Assembly: GCA_963823665.1 (NCBI GenBank)
Contig: CAWGMQ010000005.1
Span: forward strand, 1,344,001 to 1,408,000
DNA from: an uncultured Planctomycetota bacterium
GTDB lineage: Bacteria > Planctomycetota > Planctomycetia > Isosphaerales > Isosphaeraceae
Direction of reading: 5' to 3'
Length of the DNA: 64,000 bases
Made by a program: the position numbers and the translations under genes. The notes beneath the pieces were generated by a model. It made no database searches. It was given only the letters and a program-made list of their open reading frames with translations, and had not been told where the DNA came from. Shown piece after piece: positions 1 through 9,947 of the stretch; positions within the stretch are counted from its first letter, which is position 1; every line of letters starts with the position of its first letter.

Positions 1-63
1 ATGCTCGGAGCCATCGCCTGGGACATGATCGGCTCAGTCCAGGAGGCCCGGCCCAGCAAGACG
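1..63 (+). pseudogene. Remnant resembling the N-terminus of an ADP-ribosylglycohydrolase
   Basis: Translates MLGAIAWDMIGSVQEARPSKT, like the MLGAIxGDxIGSxYE start of this family. The frame closes within ~35 codons and runs into the next gene. Confidence 0.4.
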
Positions 64-76
64 CCGGCGCCCCACG

Positions 77-739
77 ATGAACCCGCGCACAATCGCCATC
101 GGTGACATCCACGGCTGCTCCGCGGCCCTCGACGCCATTCTCGCAGCGATTCGGCCTCGCCCGGATGACTGCATCGTCACCCTGGGCGACTACATCAACC
201 GGGGGCCGGACAGCCGAGGTGTTATCGAGAGGCTCATCGAGCTCGAGAAATGCTGTCGTCTAGTTCCACTCCTTGGGAACCACGACCAGACGCTCCTGGA
301 TGTCCGATCGGGGAAGTACCCGATCGAGTGGCACCTCGACATGGGCGGAATCACCACCCTCAACTCCTACGGCGCGGCCCGGGACCTGGATCTGATTCCC
401 GAGAAGCACTACAGGTTTCTCCGTCGCTGCCTCAATTACTTCGAGACGGACACCCACATCTTCGTCCATGCCAACTACTTCTCGGATACCCCGATGGATG
501 AGCAGCATGTCGGGGTATTGCGCTGGGAGTCGGTTCGGACGATGACCCCCGGTCCCCACGACTCGGGGAAAACGGTGATCGCCGGTCACACCTCGCAGAA
601 GAACGGTGAGATCCTCGACCTGGGGCACGTCAAGGTCATCGACACCTATTGCTACGGGGGCGGGTGGCTGACGGCTCTGGAAGTTCAGACGGAGGAGGTC
701 TGGCAGGCAGACCGTGAAGGGAATATGAGAAGGATTTGA
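77..739 (+). CDS. Calcineurin-like metallophosphoesterase (PrpA/ApaH-type Ser/Thr phosphatase family)
   Basis: Motifs GDIHG, GDYINRG, GNHD, FVHA, GHT, IDT in order; 220 aa. Confidence 0.92.
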   Translation: MNPRTIAIGDIHGCSAALDAILAAIRPRPDDCIVTLGDYINRGPDSRGVIERLIELEKCCRLVPLLGNHDQTLLDVRSGKYPIEWHLDMGGITTLNSYGAARDLDLIPEKHYRFLRRCLNYFETDTHIFVHANYFSDTPMDEQHVGVLRWESVRTMTPGPHDSGKTVIAGHTSQKNGEILDLGHVKVIDTYCYGGGWLTALEVQTEEVWQADREGNMRRI

Positions 740-978
740 TTCCAGAGGTCGCACCGGTCGTATTCGGGAACCTGTTCACGGTCGCCGGAACATGGTCTGG
801 ATTCGACGAGGAATGGCTCTTCAATCAGGCGGCAAAGCGGGCGAGGAGGAGGAGTTTGAGCCTGCGGGCATTCGTCAAAATCGGCATTGGGAAGTGGATC
901 ATGACCTCCGCCACGGAGCGGCACTGGGATACGATCGTCGGCATGCTGAACGAACTCACAGAGACGTTTATGAATTAG
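736..978 (+). pseudogene. C-terminal fragment of a conserved hypothetical protein
   Basis: EVAPVVFGNLFTVAGTWSGFDEEWL looks like natural protein sequence; TTG start overlaps the upstream stop and the N-terminus appears to be missing. Confidence 0.4.
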
Positions 979-1064
979 TCCCGGGGACCAGTCTGCGTTA
1001 CGACGATGGCACATCGGCAGAAGCCGTGAAACTAAGTTTGTCGTCGCTATCCAATGAGCGCAAG

Positions 1065-2693
1065 TCAGGAGCCCTTCAACCACAAATCGAGCTTCGTCAG
1101 AAACGTTGCGTCCATCTCCCGACGGGAATCATCCAGAGCCTCTATGATGGCGCGCTGTTCATGACGCGAAGGCGTGGTGAAGACACGGTTGCATCCGGGC
1201 GGAGTAAACCACGCTTCGACCAGCCCTTGGGCAAACTCGGACGTCGAAGGGTTTCCCTGCGCAGACACCCGGATAAGCCAGGGCAAGGAGTCCCATTTCC
1301 CCATTGCGTTAATGAGCCGGAGCGCTGCCTCCCTGACGTGCTGCCGACGGTCCTCCTTCACCAAGCGGCATAGCCGTTCGCCATCGAGTAACGATCGGGA
1401 TGCTTCGAGGTGCTTTCTCACTTCACGGACCACGGCAGGGCTGTCGTCCGGGAGGTAAGTGTGCAGATCAGGCAGGGCAGATTCCCGTCCGATCCTGGCG
1501 AAGGCACGCACTGCGGCTCGACGACGGCGTGGAAGCGGCGACTCCAGGCAACGTCGAATTGCGATCAGGTCGGAACGATCGCCGGTCTCACCCAAGCCAC
1601 TGAGAGCAGCCAACGATTGCGGGTCTTGGATGAGTGCCAGCCGGTAGACTTCCGGCCAATCAACCTCGCCCAACTTCTGCAAATGGAATCGTGCAAGTTC
1701 CCTGATGGATGCGCTCCCATCGAGCAAAGCCTGACGCCAGACCCCGCGGCCGAAATCAGCGGAATTGTCCGCCTCGATGATCAGCGCCTCGCGTCTGACC
1801 GGCACGAATCGATCGCGTCTCAGTGATGCGAGGATACGTTCGAGTGCCTTACCCCAAAAGCAGCGGCGGACATTCTTTGAGCCCAGGAGACGAATGACTC
1901 CGTCGGTCGATGACACTGCATGTTCCACGACCCGGACGTGGTGTCCGCCCTCAACTTCGAGCGCCAGACGAGCCACGCTTCGACGCACGGTTCGGTCGGC
2001 AGAGTGAATGGCTCGTTTCAGAAGCACGTCATGCTTCGACTGCACCAGCATGCCCATCACCCGGCTAACCAAATCGGCATGGTCTTGCCTCTGAAAAGCA
2101 AGGAGATGGATCACAAGCGACAGATTGGTCACGAAAGCCGGGAGGAAGCGTTCGTCGAGGCGAGTTTCAACAGCACGTCGGGCGTCTGCTCGGATGGGCG
2201 CAACCCAATCGTTTTGCCGGATCAGCAGGTAGGGTAACTCGCTTGCATCGTGGATCTGAGCCAACAGACGTACGGCCTCATGCCGTACGTAGCCGTTTCG
2301 GTGGAAGCTGAGCAGCCCAAGAATTGAGGTTCGGGTTGATTCATCCGTGATCAAAGTTTGAGCCCCTGCTAGTGTCGATCGTTCCCATGCGTCACCGATG
2401 AACGAACCCCACGAACGGCTGACCATATCGCCTAGATGGCGAAGTCGTTCAGGCGGAAGCCGATCGATGAGCGAGTGGACTGTCCGGGAAGCCGCGCTTC
2501 TCACGTCGGGCGATGCGGAGAAGAGGTAGTTGAACACCACGGAGATCGCGCCGGGTTCGCCTTGCTCGGCGACCAGTTCGAGAAGCTTAGCTAGTTCTGC
2601 ATCATGAGCCCCTTTGACGAACCATGTGGCCTTGGCAGAGAGATCAAACAGACGCTGCAAGAGATGTTTCGTCGCGTCTGAAACGTGCTGCAT
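1065..2693 (-). CDS. HEAT-repeat (alpha-solenoid) protein
   Basis: 542 aa ORF with recurring VR..A..L helices (DVRSAASR, YVRHEAVRLL, VRREAL, IRELAR, VREAALRL). Confidence 0.8.
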   Translation of the reverse strand: MQHVSDATKHLLQRLFDLSAKATWFVKGAHDAELAKLLELVAEQGEPGAISVVFNYLFSASPDVRSAASRTVHSLIDRLPPERLRHLGDMVSRSWGSFIGDAWERSTLAGAQTLITDESTRTSILGLLSFHRNGYVRHEAVRLLAQIHDASELPYLLIRQNDWVAPIRADARRAVETRLDERFLPAFVTNLSLVIHLLAFQRQDHADLVSRVMGMLVQSKHDVLLKRAIHSADRTVRRSVARLALEVEGGHHVRVVEHAVSSTDGVIRLLGSKNVRRCFWGKALERILASLRRDRFVPVRREALIIEADNSADFGRGVWRQALLDGSASIRELARFHLQKLGEVDWPEVYRLALIQDPQSLAALSGLGETGDRSDLIAIRRCLESPLPRRRRAAVRAFARIGRESALPDLHTYLPDDSPAVVREVRKHLEASRSLLDGERLCRLVKEDRRQHVREAALRLINAMGKWDSLPWLIRVSAQGNPSTSEFAQGLVEAWFTPPGCNRVFTTPSRHEQRAIIEALDDSRREMDATFLTKLDLWLKGS

Positions 2694-2940
2694 AACCGCC
2701 TCGAATCCTGAATCTTTGACGTGTGTTCAGAGTATCCTCGGCTCTGGTCTGTATCCAGAGTCGATCTGTTTGAGGTCGCAGCGGTCGTCATTGGTATGCA
2801 GAGCACACGCGCGGCTGGGCACGATGGGCTCTCGCATGCGTTGCTACGTGGGGAGCGCTGGATCGGTACGAGGGCTCACTGAATAACCAATGCGCGACCG
2901 CGGAAAGAATTGCGCGAGGCGAGCGGCGCTGGTGGGAGGA

Positions 2941-2962
2941 GTCAGGCTGAAGCCTAACCTAC
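2941..2962 (-). repeat. GTAG-type REP palindrome
   Basis: Reverse strand GTAG-GTTAGGCTTCAGCCTGAC; near-identical copy at 37825-37846. Confidence 0.6.
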
Positions 2963-3032
2963 TCAATGCAGAATCGGTTTCGCGGGTCCACTTAGGAACG
3001 GGCCGGAACCAAATTCCGTCGATTTACGTGAA

Positions 3033-3083
3033 GTGCGCCGCGGAGCGGCACAAAGACCGTTCCGACGCAGAGCGTCGGAACGA
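3033..3083. repeat. Double-hairpin REP-like element
   Basis: GCCGC-GGA-GCGGC followed by CGTTCCGACGC-AGA-GCGTCGGAACG, intergenic. Confidence 0.55.
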
Positions 3084-3149
3084 GGGCTTTCCGTCGTGGT
3101 AGGATTGAGACCGAAATCGGGAAGTTATTTCCGGCCTGTTCCTTAGTCG

Positions 3150-3917
3150 TCAGGGCTTGCTCGAGATGAACTCGGGCTCGGCGTCCGCCGAACGCAGCAG
3201 GCAAGCCGTGAGATAACCAAGCCCGCCGCTGGTATCCAGACGAATTCGGACGGGATTCACGTCAGGCTCCGAGACGCGGACGTGACCGGTGACTTGAATC
3301 TTGCCTGGATACCCCAAGGGCGAGTCGGACAGGTCTTTGTCGGCACCGAGCCATACGGGGTACTCCGGCTGCCATTTCCGATCTGTTGGGGAGCCCGGGA
3401 ATGGCTTCATGACCGAACGGTTCCACTCCCTGCGATGCAGCGCCGCAAGCTGCTCGGTCGCACTTGCCCTTAACTCGAACGACAGCCCGCAATGCAAGAA
3501 CAAGTGACCGGGCGACTCGACCACCCAGGGCAACGAGACGAGAAACGCCCGATGCTCGGGCGGGATCGCTCTCTTCAATTCCTCCAGATCACTCGCCCAC
3601 TGATTCCCATCATGATTTGGTTTGCGACCGAGGTAGCCGAGGAAAGTTTGCTCGTGGTCATAGCGGCACAGATAACTGTCGATCCAGTACTGCGAGGGGG
3701 GACCGTCATCGAGCCGGGCTGCGCGCATCAGGGCGAGGTCATGGTTTCCCAGGACGGCGGATCCGCCCGGTCGTCGGCTCAGCAATTCAAGCACCATGTC
3801 AATCGTTCCAGGGACATCCTCACCCCGATCAACGTAGTCGCCGAGGAAAACCAACGCACAGTCGTCCCACTCGGCGATCAGTTCGAGCTTGGTGACCAGT
3901 TGCTCCAGTTGTTCACA
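3150..3917 (-). pseudogene. Metallophosphoesterase lacking its N-terminal GDxHG motif
   Basis: GDYVDRG, GNHD, FLHCG, GH, LDT present. The frame extends upstream (EQLEQLVTKLELIAEWDDCALVFLGD) but no GDxHG or start codon precedes the halogenase stop. Confidence 0.75.
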
Positions 3918-3962
3918 CGGTCCGACGCCAGGCGGAAGGAGCCCTCGCCAACGGGCTGCCCA

Positions 3963-5480
3963 TTACCGACGCGATGGCTGTCCGGGCGGCTTGTAAAACG
4001 CCGGATCCCAGGCGAATTGCGGATTTTTCAGCATCGCCATCGCCTCGCGATTGGACAGGCCCTCATCGGCCTTGCGGGCGTGCAGCAGGCGGATTTTCGA
4101 CCACGTTTCGCGCTCGCCGGCGCTGGCGGCGTAGCTGTGCCGACAGGGGAGTTTCATGCCGACGAGCATGGCCAGGTATCCCTCGGCCGCGAAGACGTCG
4201 TAATTGTCAATCAGCCCGAGCTTGAACAGCGCGCTGGGCCCGTTGTCCTGGTAATACTCGACCAGGGGCTCGGCGCCGGCCAGGTCGGCCTTCTCGCGGC
4301 ATTCCCGCCAGAACGCGTTGTCCAATCGCGTGTTGAACTTGTAGTGCAGAGCCAGGAACGCCCGGATGCAATCCCAGTTCCGCCCGTTGCGCAGATTGAA
4401 CAGCCCCCTTACCGACGGCGTCGGATCGCACCCGCAATCGCCCAGCAACGCCACCGCGACCTGGAGGGCGAAGCACAGCGAGCCGACGCCGGTGCTCTCG
4501 AGCGGCTCGACGAAGCCGTTGGCATTTCCCACCGCGAGCACGTTCTTCACCCACGCCCGTGCGAACCGGCCGGTGCGATAGTGGACGATCCGCGTATTCT
4601 CGAGCTTCGGATTCTTGACGCGAAATTCCTTCTCAGCGTCGGCGTCAGCAAGGAACGACGAACTGTACACATACCCCCGGCTGATGACCGTGTCGTGGTC
4701 GATCCGCCAGCACCAGCCGCAATCCATGGTCTCGGCCAGCGTGTAGGGCTGGATCGGTTCGTCCGTCCGAGGCCACTCGCCGACGAGGGCCCGATCGCAA
4801 TACAAGCTGGACGTGAACGGGATGAAGGGCTCGCCGAGCGTGTTCCCCAGCAGCAGCGAGCGAAACCCGCTGCAATCGACGTACATATCGGCTGCAAGCG
4901 TCCGACCATCGGACAGGTGAACGCCCGAGACGCCGCGTTCGTCCTGGCTGACGCCGGTCACGTTCGCGTCCATCACGCTCACGCCGACTCGGCGTGCCTG
5001 CTTCTCCAGCCACGCGACGAACGCGCGATTCTCCAGGTGATACGCGAAGGATTTGCTGACCACCGGAGCGCCGTTACTGCCGCGCGTGAACGCCTTGTTG
5101 CGCGACATCAGCGCGGTGCCCTGGCCGATGTCCTGGTTGTCGTCGTCGACGTAATACCCGGCGATTTTCGGCAAGCCCGCGTAGAGCACGTCGAATTGGA
5201 ACAAGAAGGAATAATCAAACCACGGCCGCGGCCCCCAGAGAAAGTGGATGCCGCGTTTGATTACCGGAGAGACTTCGCGATAAAACTCCGACGGCTCCGC
5301 CGCCAGGAAGTTGTGCAGGTGCGTCACGACGGCCATGGTCGTGCTTTCGCCGACGCCGATGACGCCGATCTCGCTGGAGTGCACCAGTTGCACATCGAGT
5401 TTCGGCAGAACTGTTTTGAGCGTCAACGCCGACATGAAGCCAGCGGTCCCGCCCCCCACCACGAGTATCCGGTTTATCAT
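3963..5480 (-). CDS. Flavin-dependent tryptophan halogenase family protein
   Basis: GGGTAG FAD motif, IGVGEST, Lys in PVIKRGI, WCWRI, GFVEPLESTG; ~505 aa from ATG 5480. Confidence 0.92.
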   Translation of the reverse strand: MINRILVVGGGTAGFMSALTLKTVLPKLDVQLVHSSEIGVIGVGESTTMAVVTHLHNFLAAEPSEFYREVSPVIKRGIHFLWGPRPWFDYSFLFQFDVLYAGLPKIAGYYVDDDNQDIGQGTALMSRNKAFTRGSNGAPVVSKSFAYHLENRAFVAWLEKQARRVGVSVMDANVTGVSQDERGVSGVHLSDGRTLAADMYVDCSGFRSLLLGNTLGEPFIPFTSSLYCDRALVGEWPRTDEPIQPYTLAETMDCGWCWRIDHDTVISRGYVYSSSFLADADAEKEFRVKNPKLENTRIVHYRTGRFARAWVKNVLAVGNANGFVEPLESTGVGSLCFALQVAVALLGDCGCDPTPSVRGLFNLRNGRNWDCIRAFLALHYKFNTRLDNAFWRECREKADLAGAEPLVEYYQDNGPSALFKLGLIDNYDVFAAEGYLAMLVGMKLPCRHSYAASAGERETWSKIRLLHARKADEGLSNREAMAMLKNPQFAWDPAFYKPPGQPSRR

Positions 5481-5662
5481 GGTGAATAGGACGAAAATCG
5501 ATACGAAAGACGCAAGGGCCCCCAAACATGAGGCACACCAAGATCTCTGTTTGCGCGGCGATCTTACGAACCGCGACGGGACGCTGTCAAGCGTGAAGCA
5601 GGAGAAAATCACCTCGGGCGGGCGGCGAACCAGGGGCAGCCGCCTGCCGCATTCCCTCGGCG

Positions 5663-5809
5663 TCAGGTGAGACCGGCCAGCTTCGCCTTGATGTGCGCCG
5701 GGGTGAGCCGCACGTCGTAAAGCGGGGCGTCGGTCGACTGGAACAACCGCCCCGCCGACAGCGGCCCGGCGTCCGCCGATTCGAACCTGGCGTGCCTCAC
5801 CAGCACTTC
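5663..5809 (-). pseudogene. Orphan C-terminal gene fragment
   Basis: EVLVRHARFESADAGPLSAGRLFQSTDAPLYDVRLTPAHIKAKLAGLT* with high GC3 and no start. Confidence 0.3.
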
Positions 5810-5931
5810 TGACTAACCCCCGTTTTATGGTCCAGTCGCTGTGAGAGCCGGATCAACCGGTAGCGATGGCTTCACGGGCCGGCATCCGCTGGCTGTGCCG
5901 GCCCGGGGAACGAGTATTCTCTGGGGCGAAT

Positions 5932-6168
5932 CGTGACCGGAGTTACATCGTAATCAAGAACGACCTGGACGTCGAGGAAGTCGAGGACGTGTTGCTTAAC
6001 CCTGACAACGAAACCCTGGTGAGTTGAACGAGTGGGCGGCCGATCACCTTCGGCTGGACTTCGACTGGCCGGCACATCGCAGTCATCTGGGAGACGATCT
6101 GCGATGATCCCAGGATGATCAGGGTTCGCACGGCGTACGAGGTGAAACCCAAACGGAGGAAGTCGTGA
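5932..6168 (+). pseudogene. BrnT/RelE-like toxin, disrupted
   Basis: ..LDVEEVEDVLLNP..S*TSGRPITFGWTSTGRHIAVIWE..VRTAYEV; in-frame TGA at 6025-6027; stop overlaps the HTH start (GTGA). Confidence 0.65.
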
Positions 6169-6551
6169 GCCGTCGCAAGCGAGGTGACGAAAAGATGGAG
6201 CGCACGTCCGAGGAACTGGCCGACCTGAAGGCCGAACGAGAGCGATTTTCTCGTGATCGGCCCGGGCCGGATGATCTGGTTGACTCCGATGAATACGATG
6301 GACCCATTCGTCAAGGCAATATCATGGCGTTGCTTTCGGCGCTCGCCGAGCTCCAGCGACAGCGAACGCTTCGCGGCTTGAGCCTCGCCGATGTATCGAA
6401 GCGATCGGGGCTGGATCGAGCCATGGTTTCCCGGCTCGAGAACGGCAAGATCCTCAATCCGATGATGTCGACGCTGTGGCGTTACGCAGACGCGGTCGGA
6501 GCCCAGGTGCACCTGGCGATTGAACCGACCTCCGTCGCGGCCGACCCCTAA
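6165..6551 (+). CDS. XRE-family HTH protein (putative antitoxin)
   Basis: RGLSLADVSKRSGLDRAMVSRLENG..NP..STLWRYADAVG; coupled to the upstream toxin-like ORF. Confidence 0.85.
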   Translation: MSRRKRGDEKMERTSEELADLKAERERFSRDRPGPDDLVDSDEYDGPIRQGNIMALLSALAELQRQRTLRGLSLADVSKRSGLDRAMVSRLENGKILNPMMSTLWRYADAVGAQVHLAIEPTSVAADP

Positions 6552-6712
6552 TGTGCAGTGGTGGGCTAAGAAGGGGGGGATTCGCGTGGCTGACTCGCGG
6601 CGCAGCTCGGGCGCACCGTGAGTCTCGCCGGATTAAAAGGTCCAGGGTGGGAGTGCCGGACCGGAACGGGTCGTGGCGATCCTGCCAGGCACCGCCGCCG
6701 TGGAGACGATCG

Positions 6713-7192
6713 ATGAACTTTTCTGACGCAACCGAGCGCGTTCGCGTCGTCGAAGGTCGGGAGCGGGGATATGTCTTTGTGCCGGGCGCGAGCCTGGCGC
6801 TGGGAGATGGAGCGGCCGGGCAGCTTGCGGCGATCCAGGCGCTCATGGACGCTGCGCCTGGCGACCCTTACGAACCGAACGGCAATCGGTCGCGTTACCA
6901 CGTTCAGCTCATCCTCGATCCGGCGACGCGCGCGCTGCACGAGCGCAAGGGGGTCGGCTACTGGCGGGCGTCGCATCTTGGATACGAGTATTCCGGGGAG
7001 GAGCGGCGGTTCGCGCCGGTTCCGGAGGCGATCCTCGGGGCGCCATTGTTCGTGGAGTGGGTGTGGTTCTGGTTCGACCTGCTGCCCGGGACGCTCTTCC
7101 CGCCGATTTTGCCCGCGCTGGTCGAAGTGCACTTGATGCGGACGCGGCCGGGGCCGGTGCTGGGACAGACTTGCCGTCCAGGCGCGTGGTGA
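6713..7192 (+). pseudogene. Truncated duplicate of the 2OG-Fe(II) dioxygenase
   Basis: Nearly identical to 8173-8619; homology stops at ~7159, before the HxD motif. Confidence 0.85.
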
Positions 7193-7199
7193 CTATAAT
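7171..7199 (+). promoter_or_regulatory. Sigma70-type promoter of the RelE/Phd module
   Basis: TTGCCG (7171-7176), 17 bp, TATAAT (7194-7199); ATG 10 nt downstream. Confidence 0.6.
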
Positions 7200-7209
7200 T
7201 CTGATCATC

Positions 7210-7533
7210 ATGGCGAAAAGAAGTCCCTTCGCTCTGGTGTACGCCGACGAGATAAAAGAGCATTTGCGAGCGATCGAAGCCAAGTATCATTCTCTGATCA
7301 AGTCGGAGGTGGAAACCCAACTGCTGTTCCACCCGGACTCCGAAACCCGGAACCGCAAGCCGTTGCAACGACCAATTGCATTCGGGGCGGATTGGGAGCT
7401 TCGACTCGGCCCAGAAAAACGGTTTCGCGTTTTCTACCAGGTCAATGTCGCGAGTCGCGAAGTCCGCGTCCTCGCAATCGGCGTTAAAGACCGAAACCGC
7501 CTATTTATCGGCGGAGAGGAGTTTGTGGGATGA
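7210..7533 (+). CDS. RelE/ParE-family toxin
   Basis: 107 aa; RNRKPL..WELRLG..RFRVFYQV..VRVLAIGVK; ATGA overlap with the antitoxin. Confidence 0.85.
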   Translation: MAKRSPFALVYADEIKEHLRAIEAKYHSLIKSEVETQLLFHPDSETRNRKPLQRPIAFGADWELRLGPEKRFRVFYQVNVASREVRVLAIGVKDRNRLFIGGEEFVG

Positions 7534-7853
7534 AAATTGCCTCAGTCGCGGATGTGAAGGCCCGCTTGAGCGCGTATTTAAAGGAGACCCTGGAAGGGCC
7601 CGTTATCGTCACCCGCAACGGCAAGGCAGTGGCGGTGTTGTTGGCGGTCACGGACGAGGACGAATTGGAGCGCCTTGTGCTGGCGCATTCACCCAAGTTC
7701 CAGGCGCTTCTCGACAAGTCCCGGCGCCAGATTGAAGCGACCGGGGGGATTCCCCATGCCGTTTTCTGGCGCGAACTCGAAGCGGAAAGCCGCGAAGGCG
7801 TCCGCAAGGGCAAGCGACCGAAAAGTCGAACCGCGCGCGGAGCTACTGGCTAG
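7530..7853 (+). CDS. Phd/YefM-family antitoxin
   Basis: MKIASVADVKARLSAYL..GPVIVTRNGKAVAVL. Confidence 0.9.
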   Translation: MKIASVADVKARLSAYLKETLEGPVIVTRNGKAVAVLLAVTDEDELERLVLAHSPKFQALLDKSRRQIEATGGIPHAVFWRELEAESREGVRKGKRPKSRTARGATG

Positions 7854-8172
7854 CAGGACCAAAGGCTCAACCGTTAAGCGCCTACAGGGCCTTCCCAGAA
7901 AAGCGGTCATTCGCGATGATTCCAGAATGATCAGGGTTCGCACGGCCTACGAGGTGAAACCCAAACGGAGGAAGTCGTGAGCCGTCGCATGCGAAGTGAC
8001 GAAAAGAATGTGCTGAGCTGGGATAAGAACGGCGCAGAGGATTCACGCGGTTGACTCGCGGCGCAGCTCGGGCGGCCGATGCATCTCGCCGAATTAAAGG
8101 TTCAGCGCGGGAGTGCCGGACCGGCACGGGTCGTGGCGATCCTACCGCGAGCCGCCGCCTTGGAGTGGATCA

Positions 8173-8895
8173 ATGGACTTTGCTGACGCAACCGAGCGCG
8201 TTCGCGTCGTCGAAGGTCTTGAGCGGGGATATGTATTTGTGCCGGCCGCGAGCCTGGCACTCGGAGATGGAGCGGCCGGGCAGCTTGCGGCGATTCAGGC
8301 ACTGATGGACGCTGCGCCGGGCGACCCGTATGAGCCGAACAATAATCGGTCGCGTTACCATGCCCAGCTCATCCTCGATCCGGCGACGCGCTTGCTCCAC
8401 GAGCGGAAGGGCGTCGGCTACTGGCGGGCGTCGCATCTTGGATACGAATACTCCGGCGAGGAGCGGCGGTTCGCGCCGGTTCCGGACGCGATCCTCGGGG
8501 CACCATTGTTCGTGGAGTGGGTGTGGTTCTGGTTCGACCTGCTGCCCGCGACGCTCTTCGCGCCGATATTGCCGGCGCTGGTCGAAGTGCACTTGATGCG
8601 GACGCGGCCGGGGCCGGTGATCGTCAATCAGTTCCACAAGGACGGCGAGCCGTTCTTCGTTCTCTCGTTAATCGGCCGGCGGAACGTCGAAGGCGCGATC
8701 ACCCAGGTCGCCCGCGACCCGGAGGGCCGTGACATTGTGGGCCGGTTCGTCCTGGCCGAGCCGCTCGACAGTCTGCTCGTCGACGATCGGGGCGTTTTTC
8801 ACAACGTGACGCCGTTTTGTTCGGCGGATCAATCATATCCGGCGTTCCGGGATGTATTGAATCTCGGCTTTATTCCGCTGGTTCGCGGGGAGTGA
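8173..8895 (+). CDS. 2OG-Fe(II) dioxygenase (2OG-Fe_Oxy_2/BsmA-like)
   Basis: FHKDG (HxD), VFHNVTP (distal His), RDVL (2OG-binding Arg); GGAG RBS upstream; 240 aa. Confidence 0.8.
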   Translation: MDFADATERVRVVEGLERGYVFVPAASLALGDGAAGQLAAIQALMDAAPGDPYEPNNNRSRYHAQLILDPATRLLHERKGVGYWRASHLGYEYSGEERRFAPVPDAILGAPLFVEWVWFWFDLLPATLFAPILPALVEVHLMRTRPGPVIVNQFHKDGEPFFVLSLIGRRNVEGAITQVARDPEGRDIVGRFVLAEPLDSLLVDDRGVFHNVTPFCSADQSYPAFRDVLNLGFIPLVRGE

Positions 8896-8907
8896 GGCAA
8901 TTGTTGG

Positions 8908-9210
8908 TTATCGCCCTGGAGATCCGGCGAATCTGGCCAGGTGGTGGACGACGAGATGAGTGGCGACCTCGCGCAGGCGTGTGCGGCTAGCGGCGAAGAA
9001 GCGGCGCAGGGGTGCCAAGGGCTGAAGCCCGTGGCTATTGACCGTGGCCCCGTTTGGGCCATGGACGATGACGTTGGCGGTTCCGGCCGCCACCACGGAA
9101 CAGAGAACGACGCTGCCGGAAGGCGCGGCAGCAAGTTTCGCCGTAACGTTTGATGCTTGGCCGCGTCGGAGATGATCGACGCAGGAGTTTGTGTCCAGCA
9201 AGTGCGTCAA
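8908..9210 (-). pseudogene. VapC/PIN toxin, truncated
   Basis: MTHLLDTNSCVDHLR..VVLCSVVA matches the intact paralog at 58782-59192, then breaks into palindromic sequence near 9085. Confidence 0.8.
9015..9067 (-). repeat. Double-hairpin REP-like unit
   Basis: Reverse strand GGCCCAAACGGGGCC-ACGGTCAA-TAGC-CACGGGCTTCAGCCCTTGG; related partial copy at 9636-9668. Confidence 0.6.
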
Positions 9211-9452
9211 GGCAGCTCCTCGCGCTCCTCGTATTCACCTTGCTCATGGCGCACGAACGACGGGTCTGTGATGCTGCCGGCGGTCGACAGGACGAAGGCC
9301 CGCCACTCCTGCTGCGTCATGCGAGGCGGCTCGACGGGAGCCGGATCGATGGTCACTTGGACTTCCCGGTCGGCGTCCTCTTTGCCTATCGGTACTGTGA
9401 TGTGCAGAACACCATCCGCGCCGATTCGCGAATGAATCACCATGCGGGTCGT
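9207..9452 (-). CDS. Putative antitoxin paired with VapC
   Basis: TRMVIHSRIGADGVLHITVP..DREVQV..AGSITDPSF, homologous to 59189-59425. The aligned start codon reads ACG; alternative ATG at 9443. Confidence 0.75.
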   Translation of the reverse strand, partial: TTRMVIHSRIGADGVLHITVPIGKEDADREVQVTIDPAPVEPPRMTQQEWRAFVLSTAGSITDPSFVRHEQGEYEEREELP

Positions 9453-9947
9453 GCTGATCTCCACATGAATGAGGCTTTCCAGTTAGAGACTTGTTTGGCG
9501 GAACGCCCGCGTGCCGCATTTCATTTTCGGGAGCCAGACCTGCTTCGTGCCAGTTCTTTTTGGACGTTTTTCAGATGATTGCGGTTCACTCGCTCGGCGG
9601 AGAAGGTCGATCCGTTCCAGAACCCGGGCGGAGCCGATTGACCGGGGCCCCGTCGGGGCCATGGACGAGCGAGGGTGTAAGTCAGCGAGGTCGAAGGCGA
9701 TTCGATTGACCACGGAACAGACGGAACGGCGCGGAAAAGACTGAGTGGCTCGTCATGCAAAAAGGGGCTCACGCCAAGGCGCGGCGGTGCAACGAAGGCG
9801 GGAGAGCAAGAGGGGCTCACGCCAAGGCGCAAAGATGAAAAAGGCGCGAGCTGACAGACCGAGGGCGAGGGCACGCGTCGCAATCGGGTTTGAACTGCCG
9901 TTGCCGTGCGCTTTGGGAGTGGATAATTCGCTACGTCCCCTTTTCCT

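Noticed and set aside
3492..5489. 665-aa + strand ORF
   Set aside because: Antisense shadow of the halogenase and phosphoesterase in high-GC DNA.
6025..6027. Recoded TGA (Sec/Trp) in the toxin
   Set aside because: TGA is a normal stop throughout the window; a CGA-to-TGA change or base error is simpler.
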